From Lingula anatina (Eukaryota; Animalia; Brachiopoda), in NCBI GenBank assembly GCA_051362555.1, contig CM120646.1, positions 15,252,001-15,316,000 on the forward strand: a DNA stretch of 64,000 nt. Direction: 5' to 3'. The position numbers were made by a program, and so were the translations under genes. A model generated the notes under the pieces. It worked only from the letters and a program-made list of their open reading frames with translations, was not told the origin of the DNA and did no database searches. How positions within the stretch are numbered: the first letter of the stretch is position 1; the number at the start of each line of letters is the position of its first letter. Positions 12,898 through 27,777 of this stretch are shown here, in pieces.

Positions 12898-15800
12898 TGT
12901 TAGAGTGACCATCTCAGCCACCACTCAAAACAGTACAGGCACGTTCCAACGTAATGTTGAAATGTATAAATAAAATAATAGCTTTTTAATCAATCAGGTT
13001 ATTTATTTCATCTTTACATGCAGCTGTCACAGATGTCATGGTATCACAAGTTTTCACAAATATTGACAAAAATTAAGAGTAGACTTTGATGATGAACATA
13101 AAACTATGCTTTTCATGCCTAGTACTTTTAATGTAACAAAAACAAATGGACGTTTTCAACTGATCAATTTATGGTGAAAAGCATGAAGTTACTGTAAGCA
13201 TATAAACCATTCAATACAAAAGGAAACTTGTTGACATTTTTTGAAAAAAAAATAAATGTACTGCTTTACAGGGAAGGTTGTCTTAATTAATAAATGGACA
13301 ATTTGTACAGAGAAGACACTCCACACCTCATTGTTTTCTTAGCAACAATGGGGGAAAACATTTTCAGCTTCACAAATGAAACATTAGTCTTCTTTTTGCA
13401 AAATTATGCTTTCTTCAAAGTTCCAACGGAAAACAATAAATATCCTGTCAACTTAGAATGAAAACTATCCATACAACAGCTACTCCTCTTTTGATATCTT
13501 TTTGCATGTTTTTGTGCGAAGTAAATTGTTAGCCAACAGTACTTCCTCCAAAGGAAACTTCTGAGTTGGAGGTTATTGTTTGATTTTCAGTAAAAAGGTG
13601 AGAATTGGGTGATAACCACTATTGCTTCTTTTCATAATGAATGATAGACCACATAAACCCATCAAACAATAACATAAGCACATGGGTCAGTTTTTTTTAA
13701 AGTTTTGCTAAATACACATAAATGTAATAGTATCCCCTCTGGTATATCTACAACTTCTAGGATAATCTATATACATGTTTAAACCTTTATTATTCTTATC
13801 TGTAAATATTCTTTATATTAGTGAAACAGTTGTGTAACAAAAACTTTTTTAACAAAAGCTTGAAGCTTAGTTCTATCATATAGCAATGCACAATTATATA
13901 TGAATTTTAGTTGTATTTTATGTGTTGCAAATCAAAACAGTGCTTTACACATGACAAATATAACTGGACTTAAATTATATCTAACACAATTTATAATAAG
14001 GTGCAGTGAAAGGGCTGTTTAACTAACAGGTACTTCAGTACATATAACCTTTCTGCACAAGTGGAGATTACATTCAATAATGTGGACATTGTTCCCAGAA
14101 AAAAAAACTGAAGAATTTTAAAAGAAATGAAAACAATAATTACATTGTCAGTAAGCCCTTATACAAAAATGTCAAGAACCTCACAGATATTTCATCAATT
14201 GGTTTCACTTTTTACTATACCTCTGTTTCTCCCTATTTAGGGTATATCTGTTTTAAAAAAAAAACACTTCCGAATAGTAACCAAAATAAATGAATTCTAC
14301 TTTTTTTTTCTTCTGTTGTCAAGTATGAGGCAAATATACAGTATATATACAAAACAAAAGTGAGCAAAAACAGTCACCAAAAACCTTGTATGTATATATA
14401 TTTTTTTCATTTATGCAAATAATGGAAAACACTAAATAATTATACATATCAGCATAATATCTGTGGAAACGTCAACAGCTGTTCTACTTTTATTACAATT
14501 CTTGGATAACGAGGAACCAGGACTTCTTTTAAAAAACATACACATGCACCAGTTTTAGGTGGCCATTCAATTCACAGCCCTTTTCACACAGAGCAGTTTT
14601 CTGTATGAACTGGCCATGTCAAGTATGATCCCTCCCTTTAGGCTACCGCTTTATGAAAGAACCAGGCTCTTAAGTTATCAATAAGTCAAACTGGTGTGGT
14701 TCAGAAACTGCACTGCTCACCATGAAAAAGAGTCCAAGCAGAAACCTATACTCTCATTTTCAATGTACAGGTGATACGGAAGTCTAATGTACATTTAATC
14801 ACATACAAAGTAACATTTTTCACTTCACCTGGTGGGCAGTCCTATATGGCACAACAATGTCCTCTTTAGAGAGCGGAGCCCAAAAGTCATCTGCCCTGAC
14901 TGATTGCACTCTAATTATCGTACTACAAAAGAAAATTTTTTTTGTACCATTTAAACTCAGAGCTGCACAATAAGTGTATCAGAAAGGAAACTGTTCACAA
15001 AGAGAAAGAAAGCTTAATGTTCTCTTCTTGAAAATTGTGTTATAAAAAAAACTTTCAAAATAAAATTTCAAAAAAATTAGTTCAGGTTAACCTTATTTCT
15101 CTGTGTTTATTTCAAGAGAAAATTATGCTTTGCTGTATTAAATACCTGAAACTAAAGAGATTCGGGAAATCAAAACTGTGAATCGAAAAAATTTGAATGC
15201 ACTTCAAAATATCCCCTTACAAAACAGCTGTATCAAGGCAGTAAGACCAATTATATTGCTACAGACGTAGAGTATACCTGATCAAATCAAATCAAGTTTT
15301 AACTTTCTAGCTTCAAGTTTTAACTTTCTAGCTTCTAATTTTACTTTTTCCTTAGTCTGTTCTTCTGTTATATCTGTACTTTTTTCTCTGTGTGCTTCAA
15401 ACAATCTTATTATCACATATACAACTTCTCTTTAAAAAAGTTTCCACATCAAATTTTCACAACTTGCCCCCTTGCTCCTGTGACCAGCACATAAGGGGGT
15501 TAAATCTTCTTGGCCAACTTACATAAAAGAACTTGTGTTACAAGTTGTTCCTAGCTAGCTTAAGGACTCATAATTTCAGTCTACTTTGACCTAGGTATAC
15601 AACAACCAGTTGCATCCACACAGATGAAGATTTTAAACTCAAGAAACAAAAGAAAAATTCAATGTTCAGGACCTAAAAATCATATATTATAAGGAAGTAC
15701 TACAGATCAATATTTCTTTAAATAGATGTTTTGGTGTCTGGGAATTTGATTGGTGTTTTGTTGTGACATACGCTCACAACAATGAATCTAACTGCTAAAT

Positions 15801-16673
15801 ATGTATACATATGCTTCTACTGGCAGGGGCCAATATTAACACTACAGGGCAGGGTCACAGTATTTGGATCCCTGCCCTACAACTGATCAGTGAATGTTAT
15901 AAAAGGACTGCAGAAAACTGCTGAGCCAAAATATGAACAGAAGAGAAAATGTTTTTCAGTGCATATCCATCCAGAAACAACTCATTCTCCCCCACCCCCA
16001 TCCCCCTTTTTTTTCTTTTATGATTGAGCTAATTAAGTGTTCAAGGAAATAAAAGCATTAAGATGATCAATGATGAAACACAAAAACTGGTAAATACTTA
16101 CACTAGTTACACATTCTCACTGACAACACCCACAAATTAAGATGGCAACTTGCACAAAATAAAACGAAGTTGGACTTTCCCTAGCGACAAGCATGCCAAC
16201 ATAACTTTGCACTTATTCCATTTGTTTACTGAAAATAATGTCACAACATTCCTGTACTCAGTTTGAGGACAAGTGCATGCAGCAAAGCATAGCAAAAGAC
16301 ACTTCACAGCCTTGAAGTATAATATTAATATAATATTGAATCACACTATATCTGGAATGTAGGATATTCGCCTGATATATACATATACGACCCATCAATG
16401 CTTCTAGGGATTCATCACTTGAAAAACCTGGATCAGTATCTTTGTTCCTCTCTCAATCTCAACACCAATATAGCAGATTTGTTTCTCCATAACTTATGTT
16501 TATTTAAGGTCTGAATCAATTGTCAATGAGTCAGATTCTGCTCTCTGTTCGATTTATCAAAACGGTAAAATGTCATGTGGTGTCTAATTGGCACTAAGTG
16601 ATCAGGCTTTCAGGTATACAGTGCTCTTTGTTTTTTTCTTGGTTTTAGCTGATCTTCGTCTGCCCGACCCCTC

Positions 16674-19600
16674 CTAGGCCAACACCATGGGTTCATCTTC
16701 AGAGAAACCTTGAATCATGGGTGAGTCGTCCTCGGCATCTTCTGAAACATTCAATCCAAACAATTTTTAAAAGTAGTTTCAGGGCTTTAATCACATTTGA
16801 AGCATCAATTAGCATTCATGTCATTTTTATTTAAAAGTTAAAATGCAGTGGAGCAATAAATTCTGACCCCTCACCCAAGCAAGATTTTTTATAGGCCCCA
16901 TGCTGTAATGTATACCCTAAGAGAGGCCATACCTTTAGAGACACCATTCCTAGTGACCCGCTTCCACTCACCTAAATCTCCAGAACCAAACGTTGTCCTT
17001 CCAGACCTAGTATCATAGTGACTGTTTGCAAATGAAAGGAAACTTCTTTGCAGGCGCCGATGGCGGTAACAGTATACTCCAAGCAAGACCACCAATACCA
17101 AAATGACCGCTCCAGACACTCCACAACTCACAGCTAGCACGTTGGAGCTCTTACTGAAAAACTGGCGGTCTGCCACACCTACAATTATAGAGAAACATGA
17201 ATTGAATACTAAGACAAATAGCACCCTAACTAGGTACTGGCCTGTGTTGCTTTTAGTAGGACACTGAAAAAATTTTTTTGAAATATATGTTTCTTAGAGC
17301 GACACCATTTCCTGATTAACTTTAGAATGCTGCCACTCGAGTAAGCCCATCAGCCTCTTTGGGTGTCCCAATATACACATATTCCACAGACAAAGGTAAA
17401 TTTATATCAACTAATACTTGAACTTGCCACTTACTGCTCTTTACAATTATTTCCCAACCAGAAAGCATAATGGAAATTATGCCTGCTGTACCCCTTCTAA
17501 ACATTATAAATGATTGCAGCACATCTCGGTGGTAGGATCCCCAAAGGACAATATGATACCTACATTTGATCTATTCATAAAAATACAATAACTTTAAAGA
17601 ATCTGCCCATTTACTTACGTTTCACCTCACCAAACTCTATTTTCTGAGAATAACTGCCAGGGTATCCCTGATCTGGCATTAATCTGACTTTAAATATCCA
17701 ACGAGCTTCATCTGTGATGTTTACGATCAAGTTTTTGGCAGAAACATTTCTGTTCTCAATTGTTGTCATGTTTGATCCTCTTTCTTTGACAATATTCACT
17801 TCATAAACCTGAAAAGAGAATGATTTTGGAATATGGTTTCTTGAACAGTGATATTCTGACAGTGTCTGTACATATTTTGTAACATTTAGATATTAATCAT
17901 AATTTATGTATTAATATTTATTTATTTGTAACATACAAATAACTTAATTTCTGTTTGAACAATAACTGAGAAGCCAGGTAAAAAGAAGACAAATTATAAA
18001 AACGGCTCTAATATATGAGCGCAGGATTTTTTTTAAATTCAAAATAATAACAATATAATTATAGATCTTCCTTTTTGGGAGAAAACACTCACATATTTCT
18101 TTGGTAAGACATCTTTCGGAGGGAACCAAGTCAACTGGAGAGCAGTGTCTTTTATTTGCACAAAGTCAAAACCTTCTGGTGCTGCATATGGGGCTAGAAT
18201 ATTGAAAACAAATACATTATTTTCTCATTTCTTAATCACAACAATGGCTTCAAAACAATCCATTTAGGTCCTCTAAAACACTTCACGGCAAGACTGACAG
18301 ATATACATGCATAAAACAACCAGGAGATGGACAGATATCATAAAATAAATGTCAAGTGACATTAAAACTGTTGTTTGAGAATTATACTTTTTTTTTCTAT
18401 TGTGTTCACAAGCAAGAAGTGCATACATGGCACTGTCTATGGCAGATGCAGGTGACGGCTTTATGTCCAAACACACTGTCCATAAAAATACCTCATATGT
18501 AGACTTAGTAAAGTCTTAGGCTCCATTTCCATAGGAACTGATCTACATAGATCGATCGAACTCTGCAAGGATTCTCACTGAGTGCAATCAGCTTAACTGA
18601 ATGACACGCCTCCTCCTGGCACCTCGTAGAATACGGAAAAGTACATTGGAAACAAGAGAAGGCATGTCATTCAGTTAAGCGGGTTGCACTCAGAAAGAGT
18701 CCTCATGGAGTTGGATCGATCTACACAGATTGTTGATGCCTATAGGAATGAGGCATAAATACCAAAGCTCGCAGGCTGAATAAAAACTTACGGATCGTAA
18801 CAGAGACTGGTTGAGATTTTTGCCCTTGTTTCTCCTGATCTACTCGAACAATGATATCATAGGTGGCACCACGTGTCAGGTTGACAATCTGATACTTAAT
18901 TTGTAAGTCTGTAGTTGGTTTCACCTGGTACCCTTCAGTATGCTGGTTCCGTTTTTCAACAGTGTCAATTTCATAGGCCTAGAATGAAAAAGAAAAGAAA
19001 ATTGTACTGAGTAAAGGACATGCTAAAGACTGCTTAAGACTTTTTTGTCTTCTTCTGGTTTGCTCATTTTGAATCCTTGAACAATATGGTGTTGCTGCTA
19101 TTGGCACTTAAATAAAATATGATGACCTCCTTCAGAGTGCCCCCCCCCTCCCCAAAAGACAACAATATCTTACTACGTGTTTATGTGTAGTATCTCACCA
19201 GAGCCAATCCAATCCCAGCACATGGTGCTTCAAAGCTAATGTTGATCTTGTTCTTGCCCTCTGTAACTGCTTTCAAACGTTTTGGGGGAGAAGTTTCATC
19301 TGAAAGACCATAGTATTGATCATATGCATTAAATTTCTAAAGGATTTAATTATTTTTAAAAGCTTTATTTTGTGTCAAGAGAAATAATTACGAATAATTT
19401 GAAGTATTCCATTTTCTTCTTCAGAAAAGCAAACATTTTCAGACTCAATACATGACAAATAAGTACTAGTTGCAACATACAAGAGCGTAATTATATCGAG
19501 TATAATTTGGTCTAGTATGTGGCATACAGTGGACAAACAGTAGTTGTAACTGACTTATACAACAAATGATGCTTCAAACAATAAGATGAATGCATGAAAT

Positions 19601-20047
19601 GCATGAAGATGTATGAAAATACAGGCAAGCCTGTATGTGAAATACAAGTGAAATTGTCCTACTGTTTGAAGTGCCAGCCATAGTTTACATAAGTGTGCTT
19701 TAAGAGTTCCATCTGGATCATAAATCAACAGATATCAATTAAAATCGCGTACCAAAGGATGTTGTATAATCTACAGTGGGACTGGGCCTGGTTACAAAAG
19801 GTTGGTCAATAGCCACAGTGAATGTGTAATCCTCGCATGCAAGGACATTTGGTATCAAAACCAATGACTTGGTGGTGGTGATAGCTTCAAATCTGGACAG
19901 GTCGCTCAAATCGTGAAACTGGTGTGAGTAGAACACCTTGTATGTCTGTGAAAAAGAAAAAAAAACAAAGCTTCACAATAACTTTCTGGTTACAGACTTA
20001 TTCAATTTTTCATTCACTCATTTAATTCACTATTAAAATAATTTAAG

Positions 20048-20079
<32 letters not shown>

Positions 20080-20258
20080 TTAGAGTAATGCAACAGGCTT
20101 AAATTTTTCAAATGATCCTAACTTACATATCCAACACTATTAGGAGGAGGGGTCCATGTCACCTTGATGACCTGTTGGCTTAGCATGTCTGCCTTCAAAT
20201 TTCGTAAAACTGGTTCTGATCCTGAAATAAAATTAAGGAAAATGAAGAGAACCCAAAA

Positions 20259-20290
<32 letters not shown>

Positions 20291-20759
20291 TAATCAATTC
20301 CTTTTTTTAATTTACAAACAAATCTAAAGGATACTCATCAGGCTGTAAGCTGTAGGAGAGGGAAGGGGGTAAATGTTCATTTGCATGTATAACAAACAAC
20401 CTGGAATCACTTAGTTTCTACTATGGTTCATATCTGTGTTAACATCTGTGTTTATTTACACAACCCACCTCCAGTTTTTACTGACCTTACTTTCCTACCA
20501 GTGAGCCAAGCCCGACCATATTCACATAATAAATTAGGACATAATTTTTTTTTTTTTGTACCAGATTTGTAAAGTTCTACCATTATCTACCAGACTTACC
20601 TTGAGTTCTTACTACCTGTTCCACCAATGGTCCATACCCAACTGAATTTACATAACGTATTAGAACGTTATAGTTTGTCCCTGGTGCAAGGTCTTTAACT
20701 GGAAGAAAAAAACACAGTATAAATATAATTATACAAATGATGGCGCACACACACACACG

Positions 20760-20797
<38 letters not shown>

Positions 20798-23457
20798 GTG
20801 TTCTTTCAGACAATTATAATGTAAGTTTTAACATTTTTCTGTTGCCTTAATCTGTAGTGTGTGAGATCAAATTTACAACACCTTAGGAATACTTATTTCC
20901 ATTTCTTTCATGAACTTCATATGAACTTTTGATTTAGGACAAGTAATCTGATTGAAAAAAATTCCTGAAGATACCTATACTTTAGATACGAAACTATTGT
21001 CCCAGAATCTTGTCATTTTTTAAAACATAATACAAACTTCAATGACACTCTCCAAATTGATAAACTGTGTCTTACTTGTATAGGAGTGGGTGCTGTCACT
21101 AACATTGATATAATGTGAAGCATTAAGAGGATCGGTCCACCGGATGTTGTAACCGAGCTGAAATATAAAAAACAATAGTAAAACAAAGAAAATGGTACAT
21201 GTTATTTGCAGATTTACCTACAGCAAAATGATTTCAACATTTTAACAGTTTCAGGCAAGTTACCCAATATCTGCATCAATTTGGACAAGAAGCTGAATAT
21301 AATGCCAGCCCAGAAAGTACTAAACAAAGAGAAGATACAGGACAAACATATGAGTTCTTCTATAAAAATTTTAAACACCCATCATATATGAACATGTTCT
21401 TTTACTACACTATCTATGAAGGGAGGACAGAGACAGAGAGACCAGGGGTCAGTTTAACAAAGGAATTCAAACTGAAAGTTGGTTTTAATTTAAAAGACCA
21501 AAGACAAAATCAAACATTTGCCTGAAGTCATATCAGCAATAGTCGAATGAAATATGTATTATAAACACTGTGCTCTTTTTTTTTTTTTTAATAAAGATTA
21601 TTAATTTTTTCGCAATTATATTAGCTTTAGCAAAATCAAACAAAACTTATATTTAAATCTGTGCTCTTCTATAAATAAATGAATGTTGTTGTTGTTAATC
21701 TAAACCATTATCTGTATTAAACAAAACCATGGTCATGAAACACACATTGTCTGACGCAATACTTAAACTAGGGAAACCATTATGCAACTAGTTCATGACA
21801 GAGAACAGTGGCAAATCTTTGTTGGTGCCCTAAACACCAGCCAGTGTGGAAAGAATTGAAGAAGAAGAATTGAAGAAGAAGTACTACTTCTTCAGCCTAA
21901 ATTTAGGAGTCCCCACAGATGCTCTTTCTCCATACCTTACGGCCTGATGTGTCAGGACTCCAAGTGACAGTGATATTTGTGTTCGAACTTGTAAACCTGA
22001 CATCTTTGACTTCATCAGTGGGATGGTCAGCCAGGAAGTTGACAGTGACGTTTGCTGTGGCATCTCCCTCTCCCCCCACAGTCACCGCTGCCACCTGGAG
22101 AGAAAAATCTGAATCAGTATTCTTCTTTCTACACAGCATCCTGATCCATGTATTGCCTCTTACTCAACCAATTTATGTTGTATATGCAGTTATAAAAGAA
22201 GGGAAATATTCTATTCTATGCATAAAAGCACCACAAATGCTATATGAAAATACAATTTTTATGATTTTAACATTTTGTCTCTGAAATAAGATAATTTTTG
22301 CCCAATAAAAAGATGGAGTCATTACTGTATTAGACCCTTCCGATGTTTATATAGCACGAAATTAATTTTCTTGGAAAATTTAACACTTCCTCTTAACCAA
22401 TTCACAATCCATAAACTCTGTTTTTAAAATTTAAGACTTTATTTTGGGGTCATGCTTACTTGTAACGGAGACAGAGATTGTTGAATTTCACTCAAAACAT
22501 AAAAAACAAAAATGACAAACTTGAGAACTAATTTATACGTAGTAATTTTCACAATTTATTTGGAGAGAACACTTTCTCACCAGGTCACATTTAGTTAAGT
22601 ACTTTAGTCATTGTATTAGTTACACACGTATACACATCACCTACCTTAAAAATGTATTTATGGCCAAACTCCAAGTTTTTGACCAGATACTGCACTGTTG
22701 AACCAGGTGGGGAGGGTGTAGATATTGAATAGAGCATTATCATCCATGCATTACCATCAGAACGCATGTAATACACCTGGAAGGTACACCATCCCTAATA
22801 GTTAATACCTGCTTCATGTCAACAATAATGAACAAATGAATTTTCCAAATGATGATAATTGTGTACTGCCTGAAGAAAAAATGATAAGATCATTGTGATT
22901 AGCAAGTTGGGATCGATTCAGAGTTTTTTTTTCCCCTGAATTACAAATACTTAAAATTCTCTTAATATAATGGTAAATTGAAATGGATTCTGGGGGCTAA
23001 AATGCCAAGTGAACGACTCCAATGTAAGGCTTCCTGTATGCAAGGTTTCCCCAAAATTACTGAACACCTTAAGAATAGAAAGACAAATTTGCAACTTATT
23101 TTAAAAATTTCTAGTTCTTAAAACCAGTTAACAAATGGAAAATAGATGGAAAATTGATTAGTGAGGCTAACTGGATACACTTTCTATCATTATCAGTAGT
23201 ATCTTCATTATTCTAAAAAGACTTCCACTGACTTATTATTTTATATAAGCTTTGGAACAGTCTTCACTGTACCTTGTAATCTAATATCCGTCCATTTGGC
23301 TGTAATGGAGATTTCCAGGTCAGCTGTAAGGTGGATTCCTCCAAACTATCCGAACTGACATGGAGTTGATATATCAAATCTGTGCAGGGGCCTAGAAGTA
23401 TGAATTATACACTTTGATACCTTGTATATTTTTTTGTTTAAACTTACACATACACAC

Positions 23458-23490
<33 letters not shown>

Positions 23491-26400
23491 CTGATGTCAG
23501 AAAGTAAAATACTACAATTAATTTCAGCAAGCAAAAAGAAGAGTTATCCAAAGCATTTGACAAGCAGTGTTCTACTCACCCCAAGCATGCACACACACGC
23601 GCGCACACACACAGAGAGAGAGAGAGAGAGAGAATCTGTATACCTGGTATACCGTCCCTTGTTTTAAGAATTAGCACAGGATCTGAACCATGGCTTGGAG
23701 GCCCTGTAACATCCACAATAACCTTGAAGTAATACTGTGTGGCAGGCGAGAGACGCGTGAAATTGTAGCTTGTAGCGGTCGACGGAAGCCTCCCATTGGT
23801 TACGTTCCTAAAACTTTGCATGCCACTGGTCCTTTAAAATTTAAGAAAAAGAATTTGTTAAGACTAGTATTAAAATGGCGTTCATTATGAACATATCAAA
23901 TACTGTAATACTTTCTTAATAAAAAGTTTGTATATGTTCTAAATATTTTCATGAAAAATGTGAAACCCCCATGTCAGATGCTCCAGGAATGAACTATTTA
24001 TCAACAAACTACAAAAAATCCAAAAATGAGCTTTTTTTAGCTAATTCAAAATAAAAATCTAACTTCAAAGTACTTCATCTTGATGCGAACCTTCTAAGAG
24101 AGCATTCAGAACAGCGAACTAACAGATCGCAGATCAAATATGGCGACCCACTGAAAAGTTTGTCGCCTAACTCCCAAACAGACACTGTATAGATTCCCCT
24201 CAGGGCTTAAGCAACAAGCATTCAAGTGGGCCGGCCATTTTTGATCCGCATATCTGTTAGTCTGTTGTTCTGAATGCGCTATAAAACATTTGATTTCGAT
24301 AAATAAGTTTTCCAGTAAGGCCAGCTCTGTTGTACAGCTCAGTGTGTTTATATAGGTGCACTGGTAGGAAGCCATCACTTGTACAATTTACCTATAAGCT
24401 GGCATGTAAGTATAACTAGGAGGTGCAGGTGAGGGAGGGTGCCATCTCACAGCCACGCTGTTGACACCAGCTGTTCCAACAAGATCACTCACTGAATAAT
24501 GACGGGCTCCTGAAATATTTTTTAAGTTGCAACTTTTTCAATGTCTGTCTTAAAGTGCACAATTAAGGAAAATAAGTTATTTGAATTTTATTTGTATCTT
24601 GAAGATACGTTTGAACTGAGCGTGGCATCCCAGTAATGAAAACTGCTTTCACCAGTTTCTTACAGTTTCTTATATAACTCAAGTTGTGTCAACATACCAA
24701 GGGATAAACTGAATTAATCACTAAGTCAGTAATAAAAGAGCTTCAAAACTGCACATTCTTCAAATTTTTGGTTGCAAATTGACCTACTCATCTCCCCCTG
24801 TTATATACATGGAAAGAAAGCAGAAAATATTTGTTCAAAAATCATTTTTCAGGTAATATGAAACGATTTCCTTTGAAAGTTCTCCAAGTTACACTTTTTG
24901 AAACTACATAGTGGCATTTGGCTGGCTTTTGTGCAAAAATTTGATTTCAAATGCATCTTTATAGGATAAGCTTACCTTTGGTATCTTTTGCTTCCTTCCT
25001 CTCATGCATTCTTTCAGATTTACATACTTTTTTTTTTTTTTTTTTTGCTATATGGTTTTATTCCAAATATTTTCCCTGCTTTAACAACTGTTTCACAAGA
25101 AGTTCAGTAATCATTATTACAATTTCTAAAGTTTTGCACATTTGTTCACAATTGATTCAATTTTAAGCTTGAAAGCCCTTTTACAAATATGGGAACTCAA
25201 AACCTTACCACAGTCCCTTTCATCGCTGCTGTCATAACAGTCGTAGTGTCCATCGCAGAACTGAAAATGGTGCAGGCAATTGCTGTGGTCAGTGCAGGCC
25301 ACCTGACCACTCGGGCACAGCCGGGGCGTTGTTGACCAAAAGACTGGAACTGAACCACAACTATCAAAATGTAAATTCAGATTCCTCCAGCTGTGTTGTT
25401 CAAAGGTAAAATCACTAACTCTAATACTGGACACTCATGTTGTTGGAGTGGCTACAAAACATCAAGCAGATCTATGTGAGTGTCTAGTATTTGAGTTCAT
25501 AGTTTTGCCTTTGGATCAAAACTGGCTTGAGATCACATAATGGATATATTGTGACAGGCCATACGGCCTTGTGGTTTGAGCATCTGCCTACAAAATATGA
25601 GGATGCAGGCGTGACCCTGCGGTGGTGAGAATTTATCCACCCCAGGGTGGAGAGAAAGTCTACAGCCAGTCTACATCAGGGCCAAAAAATTGTCAGGTAA
25701 ACTGTGATTGATTGTTAACCCCAGATTGACCGTTAACCCCACTGAGACAAAGTGTACGTAGTGTTATATTAAACAAAACTTCAATTTTTACTTTCGAGAT
25801 GACCGAAAATCTTTGCATTGGTCCACTGAGTTAACCCTTAGGTAAGATGCACTGACCTCATGGTGTCACTGTGACTTGGTCACAGCTGTTAAAAAGGTGG
25901 TACAATATCTACATACATTAAAACTTTTGGCTATATGATGGTTTTAACCACTAAATTAACCAATATATTCAAATACAAGGCAGTGTTTTCAGTATAAAAT
26001 GGCAATTTGTCTGACATTAACAAAATAACATTTGAAAATACCTGTAGAAGCACAGCCGAACTCGTCTGAACCATCTGTACAATCGGAGTCGCCATCACAA
26101 ATCCAGGTACGCGGAATACATCCCCCACCAATCTGACACTCAAACTGACTGCTGCTACATGTAGGTAAGGTAACTGGAATTTCATATTTTAAGATTTTCA
26201 ATATGAGACACACTATGAAATTTGCTTATGCAATTTCTTATTACATGTCATATTGCACTGTTAACAATTTCTTGATAAGTGATGTTGTTGTCAAACAAAG
26301 TCTACGCTGTGTTGGCATCAACTAGACAATAACGATCATGATGATGCAAAGTTAGTACAGCAGTAGTTCTATACAAAATGAAACTTTCATTCAGTATTAC

Positions 26401-27734
26401 TGCAAAAGATCAAATGAAGTTAATTGGACTAAGGTGTATAGAATCTCATATATAGACATCAAAAATCCTGAGATTCACAGTAACCTGGGCCAACTTTCAG
26501 ATGGAAAATCATGTTGGACTAACTACAGGATTTATCTCATCTTAATAATTATTAACAATATCAACAGTACATTTCATTTTTAAAAATCATCACATTATTT
26601 CAAATTAACTTAAGCCAATATAAATTTGTGAAATTTCCAAGAAGTCCATAACAATGATAACAAAAATATATTTATTACTATTTCTAGGACAATTTTGCTC
26701 ATCAGCATTATTGCCGCAGTCATTATCACCATCGCAAACCCAAGACCTGAAGATACAGTGGACACGGTTGTGTGGTGGAGGGCATTCAAACTCGTAGGCG
26801 TTACAGGTTGTGGGTAATGGTGTGGTGGCTGAAAACGTAAATATTGATATTAATTCCGGATGTAATTGTACCAAGTTTTAAGATTTAAAAAATATACCAA
26901 GAGCTCTATTTCACTCTTTCACTCAACAAAGCAATAAATATCCATCAACAGGCCCAAGCAGGAACAGGGATCACGGATACCACATGCCCCTGTCTATAAC
27001 CAAGTCATTCTGCCAATTACCACCTTGAGTGAAAATCCCTCACAGCTCAATTAACACCAGAAAACCCATGTGCATTCAGCCTGATGATACTCATGTGATA
27101 AGAATAAAACACGGGCGTTTCATAAAACTTATTTCCAAAGTAAGTGATTCTCTTTACCAAACACACTACAATATACCGACCACTGTCTATTTTATATGTG
27201 TTCTTCGTACATGCTCATGTACTTACTGTAACAAGCCTCCTCGTCTGACCTGTCCCCGCACTCTGGGTAGCCATTACAGCGCAGGAACCGTGAGATACAT
27301 TCTCCGTTGTTACACTGGAACTGGGTACTGCTGCACGTTGCTAATGTGTCGTTGCCTTGTATGATGAAAAGAAGCAACATTTATGGGCTGTTTCAAAATG
27401 ATCAATTGCAAAGAAACATTAAATATTCATTGTTACATCAAAGTTAAACAAAATACCTCAACATAATTTTCATTGATTACATATAAGAGGCCTCTACTGA
27501 AATTTTTTATCATACATGCACATTTTATGTATGCAATTAAATGCATTCTTTGCATATTTTACATGTGCAATACTCTAAGGCCTCATTAAATTTTCAAATT
27601 AAGTTGAATTTACCCAATGAAATCTGCTAACCTAAAAAGAAAATACATGTAGCTCTGGCTGGGACAAATGTCACACACAAACACAAACACACACACACTC
27701 ACACAGACACACATACACACACAGACACAACTGA

Positions 27735-27777
<43 letters not shown>

